Below are positions 59,297-64,000 of a stretch of 64,000 nucleotides of DNA, piece after piece. A program made the translations under genes and the position numbers. The DNA comes from an uncultured Roseiflexaceae bacterium (lineage in GTDB: Bacteria > Chloroflexota > Chloroflexia > Chloroflexales > Roseiflexaceae). Every line of letters starts with the position of its first letter. Position 1 is the stretch's first letter. The stretch is taken from the NCBI GenBank assembly GCA_937988885.1, contig CALKHR010000034.1, forward strand, positions 23,310 through 87,309, given 5' to 3'. Under the pieces are notes generated by a model. The model did no database searches. It was not told the DNA's origin and was given only the letters and a program-made list of their open reading frames with translations.

Positions 59297-62206
59297 TTAA
59301 TTGGCATCGCCAAGCTTAATAGCTTGGAACAGCTTCATACGGCCAAGTGTGAACGAGAGCGCGAACAGCGTGAGCAACAGCGCCACTGCGAATACGGCAT
59401 AGATCAGCATCACCTGATCCCAGGCGATCTGCGGCGGGTAAGCGGGTGTGCCTGGGTGCGGCCCAGCGCCGACTTGCAGCAGGGGCACCACCAACTTCGC
59501 GGCCAACAGGCCGATGCCCGTGCCCGCGCCGATGCCCGCTGCGACCAGCAACACCTGCTCGATGGTCAACTCGATGGCGACCTGCCAGCCCGCCATGCCC
59601 AGCGCCCGCAGCACACCAAGATCGATGGCGCGGCGGCGCGCGCTGATCAGCGCGGCGATCAGAAAGCCCAACAGCGTCAGCATACCTGAGGCGATGAAGC
59701 CGACCGAGAGCAGGCCGAACAAGCCTTGGCGACGCGGCTGCATCTGCTCCTCCACGATCATCGTTTGGGCGTCCCGCGCATCGACCACTGCGATGCCGAG
59801 TTTACGCACGCCGCTGACAATCGCATCGACATCGGAGTCGGGTGTGCGGTTGATCCACACATCGTACGGGTACTGGCCACCCATCTGATCGAAGATGTAG
59901 TTCAGGTTCGCCACAACGATCGGGCCATCCTGCGGATAATAACCTGGCCACAGGTCAACCGCGGCGAGGATGCGGAAGCGCACTTCGCGGCGGTCGCCGT
60001 AGAGCGAGAGCGTGGCGGGCATCAGATCGCCGACCTTGTAGCCCCGCGAGAGCACATCGCGGCTCACCAGCACGCCATCGGGACTGCGGGCCAGCATATT
60101 CATCAGGTGGCCGAGCGAGAGACCGTCGGCCCAGCGGCGGTCGAAATTGGTGACCACCTTGGGGTAATCGACCCGATCGATGCCGACCAGTTGCGCGAGT
60201 TGATTGACACCTCCCATCGGGATGGTTGCGTCGTAGGTGCCGACGCGCGTGGCGGCGGTGATGCCCTCCACCTCCAGATGGTCGGAGACGGGCACGAACA
60301 GCCAGCGCGCTTCGTCGCGAATGTCGACGGGCGTCTGGGGTTGATTGTTGTTGTCCCGTTGCTCGGTGCTCTGGCCTGTTTCGAGCAGTTGGGTTGGCGC
60401 ACCGACCTGATAGGTGATCGCTTGGTCAAGCGCGCCGTCGAGTGTGGCCGCCATCGAAGCGCTGAACGAGGCCAGGCTGAGCGTGAGAATCAGCAGCAGC
60501 AGCGGGCCGCGATAACTGCTCGGTTGGCGAGCGAGCGCTCGCAGGGCGATCAGCGGCGACACCCAACTTGGGCGGCTAGCGAGGCGTGCCAACACCTCCA
60601 GGATCATCGGGATGATGCGCACGGCGATCAGGCCCAAGGCGAAGCAGAACAGCATCGGCACCACCAGCAGCAGCGGGTTATCGAGCGGGTTGGCGCCCTG
60701 CATCGAGCCGCCGATGACGCGGTTGCCGCCGAGCGAGAGTTGCATGCCACCCGTTCGGTCGAGTTGGTAGATGCCGTAGGCCGGCGGGATGAGCAACAAA
60801 AAGTCGATGTAGAAGCGCTGCCACAGTGGCTTGCGAATGGCGCGCGCAGCCTGTTGCTGCTCGTCCACCAGCGTGCGCCGCGTGGCGACGGCTGCGGGGA
60901 TCAGCGCGGCTAGCACACCCAGCACCACGGCAGCGATGCCGTAGTTCAGGTTCTGCGAGGTGAGCGCGAGTTGCAGCGGCTCCATGCTCTCGGCCTCGGC
61001 GATCTGCAGGAACGAGCGGGTGCGGCCCATAAACTCCGCGAAGCCCAGTCCCAGCGCCGGACCGACCAACAGCGCTAGTCCGCCCATGATCAGCCATTCG
61101 ATCAGGTAGATGCCCAGGATCTGCGAGTTGCGCACGCCACGTGTCTTGAGCAGCGCGATCTCACCCCGTTGGCGGGCCACCAGTAATCCGGCTACCAGCG
61201 CCACGAAGTAGAACACCAGGCCCAAGATCGGCGCGCTGAACACGAACAGTTGGAAGGTGAGCGCAGCGGAGCCGCTCCGATAGCGGTTGAGTGCTTCGGC
61301 GGGGCTCTGTTCGAGCTTGAGGCCCTGGATGGCACCACCGAGCCGCGCGTTGAGTGCGTTGATGCGCCCGAGCAGCGGCGTCGCTTGGGTAGCGGTCAAG
61401 TTGTCGCCGTTCAGGCGTGCGAACCAAACGATCTGGCCCACTTCGTTGCGCAGCGCACTGGCGATCGGCCCACCGAACGACTCCTCGTTGGTGAGGATGA
61501 CATCCTTGAAGGACGAGGGCGGGAAGAACCACGCCGGATCGCGGGAGTTGATCGGCGACCACAATCCGCTGATGCGGATGGGGATCGAGACGACTTGGCT
61601 GCCCGCCTGCCCCACCAGGCTGAACTCCTCGCCAACGTTGATGCCCATCTCGTCGGCGAGTTCGCGCATCAGCATCACTTCGACCGGTTGCGAGAGGCTT
61701 TGCGCTGGCTTGGGCGCGCTCCCATCGACCAGTTGGATGCGCTCGTCCATGCCGTCGAGGAAGCCGAGCGTGACGTTCTTGAGGAACGGGTTCTGCGCAC
61801 CGCTCGAAGGTGGCAGGAACAGCCGCAGTTGGTCGGTGCGTGCGTGGCGCGCCAAGCCATTCAGCGGGAGTGCGAGGCTGCGCAGCCCGACCCCCCGAAT
61901 AAACTCATCGACGGGCTTGACCTGCTCCCACTCAAGCGGCTTATTCCAAGCGCCCACGTAGCGAAACAGCAGCGAGAACGGCGAGCGGTTATTCTGCTGT
62001 TCTTGGCGCGCGATCTCGGCCTTCAGCAGGCGCAAACTCGCGCCCTCGGCGTACACCGGGATGCTGACCGAAAGCGCTACTGCGGCGATCAGCGCGATCA
62101 GGGCGCAGAGCGCGAGCCCAGCGTTGGCGCGCAAACGCTTGAGTGCGGTGGTGAAGACCGCTATCGTTCTAAGGAGAAAGTTGACTACAATCACAAGTAC
62201 CTGCAC
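59297..62206 (-). CDS. large ABC transporter permease with two FtsX-like domains (MacB-type, ATPase-less)
   Basis: 969 aa, two sets of four TM helices each preceded by a large extracytoplasmic domain. Confidence 0.8.
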   Translation of the reverse strand: MQVLVIVVNFLLRTIAVFTTALKRLRANAGLALCALIALIAAVALSVSIPVYAEGASLRLLKAEIARQEQQNNRSPFSLLFRYVGAWNKPLEWEQVKPVDEFIRGVGLRSLALPLNGLARHARTDQLRLFLPPSSGAQNPFLKNVTLGFLDGMDERIQLVDGSAPKPAQSLSQPVEVMLMRELADEMGINVGEEFSLVGQAGSQVVSIPIRISGLWSPINSRDPAWFFPPSSFKDVILTNEESFGGPIASALRNEVGQIVWFARLNGDNLTATQATPLLGRINALNARLGGAIQGLKLEQSPAEALNRYRSGSAALTFQLFVFSAPILGLVFYFVALVAGLLVARQRGEIALLKTRGVRNSQILGIYLIEWLIMGGLALLVGPALGLGFAEFMGRTRSFLQIAEAESMEPLQLALTSQNLNYGIAAVVLGVLAALIPAAVATRRTLVDEQQQAARAIRKPLWQRFYIDFLLLIPPAYGIYQLDRTGGMQLSLGGNRVIGGSMQGANPLDNPLLLVVPMLFCFALGLIAVRIIPMILEVLARLASRPSWVSPLIALRALARQPSSYRGPLLLLILTLSLASFSASMAATLDGALDQAITYQVGAPTQLLETGQSTEQRDNNNQPQTPVDIRDEARWLFVPVSDHLEVEGITAATRVGTYDATIPMGGVNQLAQLVGIDRVDYPKVVTNFDRRWADGLSLGHLMNMLARSPDGVLVSRDVLSRGYKVGDLMPATLSLYGDRREVRFRILAAVDLWPGYYPQDGPIVVANLNYIFDQMGGQYPYDVWINRTPDSDVDAIVSGVRKLGIAVVDARDAQTMIVEEQMQPRRQGLFGLLSVGFIASGMLTLLGFLIAALISARRRAIDLGVLRALGMAGWQVAIELTIEQVLLVAAGIGAGTGIGLLAAKLVVPLLQVGAGPHPGTPAYPPQIAWDQVMLIYAVFAVALLLTLFALSFTLGRMKLFQAIKLGDAN

Positions 62207-63816
62207 TACTGTCCGACGATGATATCGCCTTCTTCCAATCCCTCAAGGATTTCGACACGATCTTGTGTCTCGATGCCGACCTTGATTGTCACCCGACGTT
62301 CGCGATCGCCTTCACGCACCACCACAAAGCGGCGGCCCTCGAAAGAGCGGATGGCCTCTGGCGGGAGCCACAGCACATCTTGTTTGCTTTCGAGCACGAT
62401 CCGAATACGGGCCACTGTACCGGGCACAAGTTCTTGGCCTTTGGTATCTTCGATATGGAATCGAGTAGTGCGATCTTGTTCTTGAACCGCACCGCTGCCA
62501 CCCGAGCCGTAGGGTGCAGGCATCCGACGGATGACCGCGGGCATGATCACATCGGGCCGCGAGAGCAGCGAGACCTCGACTGGCTGGCCCTCGGCCAATT
62601 GGCGCATCTGCTCGCCGCTCATCTCGACGGCGACCTCGAGGTTAGAGGGGTCGGCGATCTCGATCACCGATTCAAACTCCTCGACCTGATCGCCTTCGCG
62701 GATCGAAATAGCCAGCACTTCGCCAGCCTGCGGGGCGATCACGCGGCCATCCTCGACCTTTTTGCGCGCTTTTTCGAGTGCCCGCTGGGCGTTCTCGATC
62801 ATTTTGCGCTGACTGTTGAAGGTCTCTTGGCGCGCTTCCTCAAGATTGAGTTGCGCCTCCTCTACCGCTCTCCTAGCGGCGGTGATCTCCTTACTATTGC
62901 CTGCTAGCAATTTATCAAGCTCGCGCTGGGCTTCCTCGACCTTCTTATTGGCATCGTTGTTGCCGTCGATTTCGGCTTGGCGCGCTTTATCCAGATCGCG
63001 TTGGGCTTGTACCAGGGCACGCTCGGCTTCACGCAGGGCGCGCTCGCTTTGGATGAGCTTTTCCTTGAATTCTTCCTTCTCTTTATCGGTCAGTTTGCGG
63101 TGGCCGAGCTTATCGCTGCCCGAGATCACCTCAGTGGCGACGGGATCGGTGCCATAACGCTCCACCCAATCGTTGTCCCACCAGGCTTGGCTGTAGTTTT
63201 TCTGCGCATCTTGCACTGCTTCGGTGGCAGTGAGGAGCGCGTGTTCAGCGGCAGTTTTCGCCTCCGAGCCACTCGCATCGACTTGGGCGCGTTCGCGTAG
63301 CGCGAGTTCCAGCGCTTGTTGCGCGGCGCGAATGGGGTCATCTTCGCCACCGGGCAGCAATCGCATGAGATCTTCGTTGGCATTGTTGAGCGCTAACTCG
63401 GCCTGGCGGATCTGTTTGGCTTGGGCCTGTTGTGCCTCGGCCAGGTCGCGTTGGGCCTGCACAAGCGTGTCTTCGGCCTCGCGCAGTTCTTCGAGCGCCT
63501 CGTCTTGTTGGAGTTCGGCCAGCACATCGCCGCCCTGCACGATATCGCCACGTGCCACATTGACTGTGCTCACCCGTCCTGAACGGTGGAAGGAGAGGCG
63601 CACGAGATCGACGGGCGTGATACGTCCATTGATCTCAAGCACTCGCTCGACCGTGCCGCGCTCGACCGTGTAGGTTGGTCGTTCAAGTGCGGGGTCGGGC
63701 GGTAGAGGTGTGGGTGTCGGCGGTTCTTGCTGGGCTGTGCTCGAGGTGCCACAAGCGCTCAGCAACGACAGCAGGGCAAGGAGAGTAAGTATAGCCAGGG
63801 TAATTCTGCGATTCAT
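62206..63816 (-). CDS. efflux periplasmic adaptor (HlyD/membrane-fusion protein) lipoprotein
   Basis: Lipobox LLSLLSACG, long coiled-coil middle, C-terminal beta-barrel/MP domains typical of MFPs; start overlaps permease stop. Confidence 0.8.
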   Translation of the reverse strand: MNRRITLAILTLLALLSLLSACGTSSTAQQEPPTPTPLPPDPALERPTYTVERGTVERVLEINGRITPVDLVRLSFHRSGRVSTVNVARGDIVQGGDVLAELQQDEALEELREAEDTLVQAQRDLAEAQQAQAKQIRQAELALNNANEDLMRLLPGGEDDPIRAAQQALELALRERAQVDASGSEAKTAAEHALLTATEAVQDAQKNYSQAWWDNDWVERYGTDPVATEVISGSDKLGHRKLTDKEKEEFKEKLIQSERALREAERALVQAQRDLDKARQAEIDGNNDANKKVEEAQRELDKLLAGNSKEITAARRAVEEAQLNLEEARQETFNSQRKMIENAQRALEKARKKVEDGRVIAPQAGEVLAISIREGDQVEEFESVIEIADPSNLEVAVEMSGEQMRQLAEGQPVEVSLLSRPDVIMPAVIRRMPAPYGSGGSGAVQEQDRTTRFHIEDTKGQELVPGTVARIRIVLESKQDVLWLPPEAIRSFEGRRFVVVREGDRERRVTIKVGIETQDRVEILEGLEEGDIIVGQ

Positions 63817-64000
63817 GTTGGTCGCTACTCCCGTGAATAGGGTCAGACGCGATTGAACAATATTGTACCAAATGCAGATGACGTTGTTTGCTTTTCTTTT
63901 GTTCCAAACGTTGGCTACATCTTTTAAGACGTTATACGCATCTGATTTGTGACTACTCCCCCGCCGAAAGGCTGGGGGCTTCTTGGAGCCGTAGCCCCTG

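Overview
This 64 kb window comes from a high-GC bacterial chromosome. Gene content (split F420 cofE plus nitroreductase, LPXTG protein, ExeM/NucH-type nuclease, IS982 and IS701 remnants) fits a Chloroflexota-like or other high-GC lineage, but the lineage cannot be fixed from sequence alone.

Most of the window is ordinary GC-rich chromosome carrying metabolism, secretion and export genes: two class III aminotransferases, two Zn-dependent alcohol dehydrogenases, RNase HI, fmt, gmd, a class II aldolase, an S41 protease, a MoxR ATPase with its VWA partner, and a giant secreted ExeM/NucH nuclease with RTX repeats. At the window end sits an export cluster: membrane-fusion protein, FtsX permease and two ABC ATPases.

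The standout is an 11.8 kb low-GC island at about 2.07-13.86 kb that appears to encode a previously undescribed 7-deazaguanine (preQ0-derived) DNA-modification and defence system. Its parts are:
- a YhhQ-like queuosine-precursor transporter with a long leader;
- an unknown 195-aa protein;
- a DUF328/YaaA-like protein of the DpdC type with an extra C-terminal domain;
- two divergently transcribed TGT-like (DpdA-like) paralogs, both keeping the CxCxxC...H zinc motif;
- two decayed insertion sequences (IS982 family with a frameshift; IS701 family with a frameshift and a TGG-to-TGA nonsense change);
- a UvrD-type SF1 helicase and Cas4-like Fe-S PD-(D/E)XK nuclease operon, likely the restriction arm.

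Other notable items:
- a MITE family with 20-bp terminal inverted repeats, flanking the F420 genes;
- a 75-bp dispersed palindromic REP-like repeat present twice;
- a pair of tandem paralogous polytopic membrane proteins with a C-terminal helix-hairpin-helix (HhH)-like module;
- an orphan RelA/SpoT-synthetase-fold protein;
- an LPXTG-anchored protein;
- a response regulator with a non-canonical GGDDF motif.

No rRNA, tRNA or CRISPR array was found by eye.
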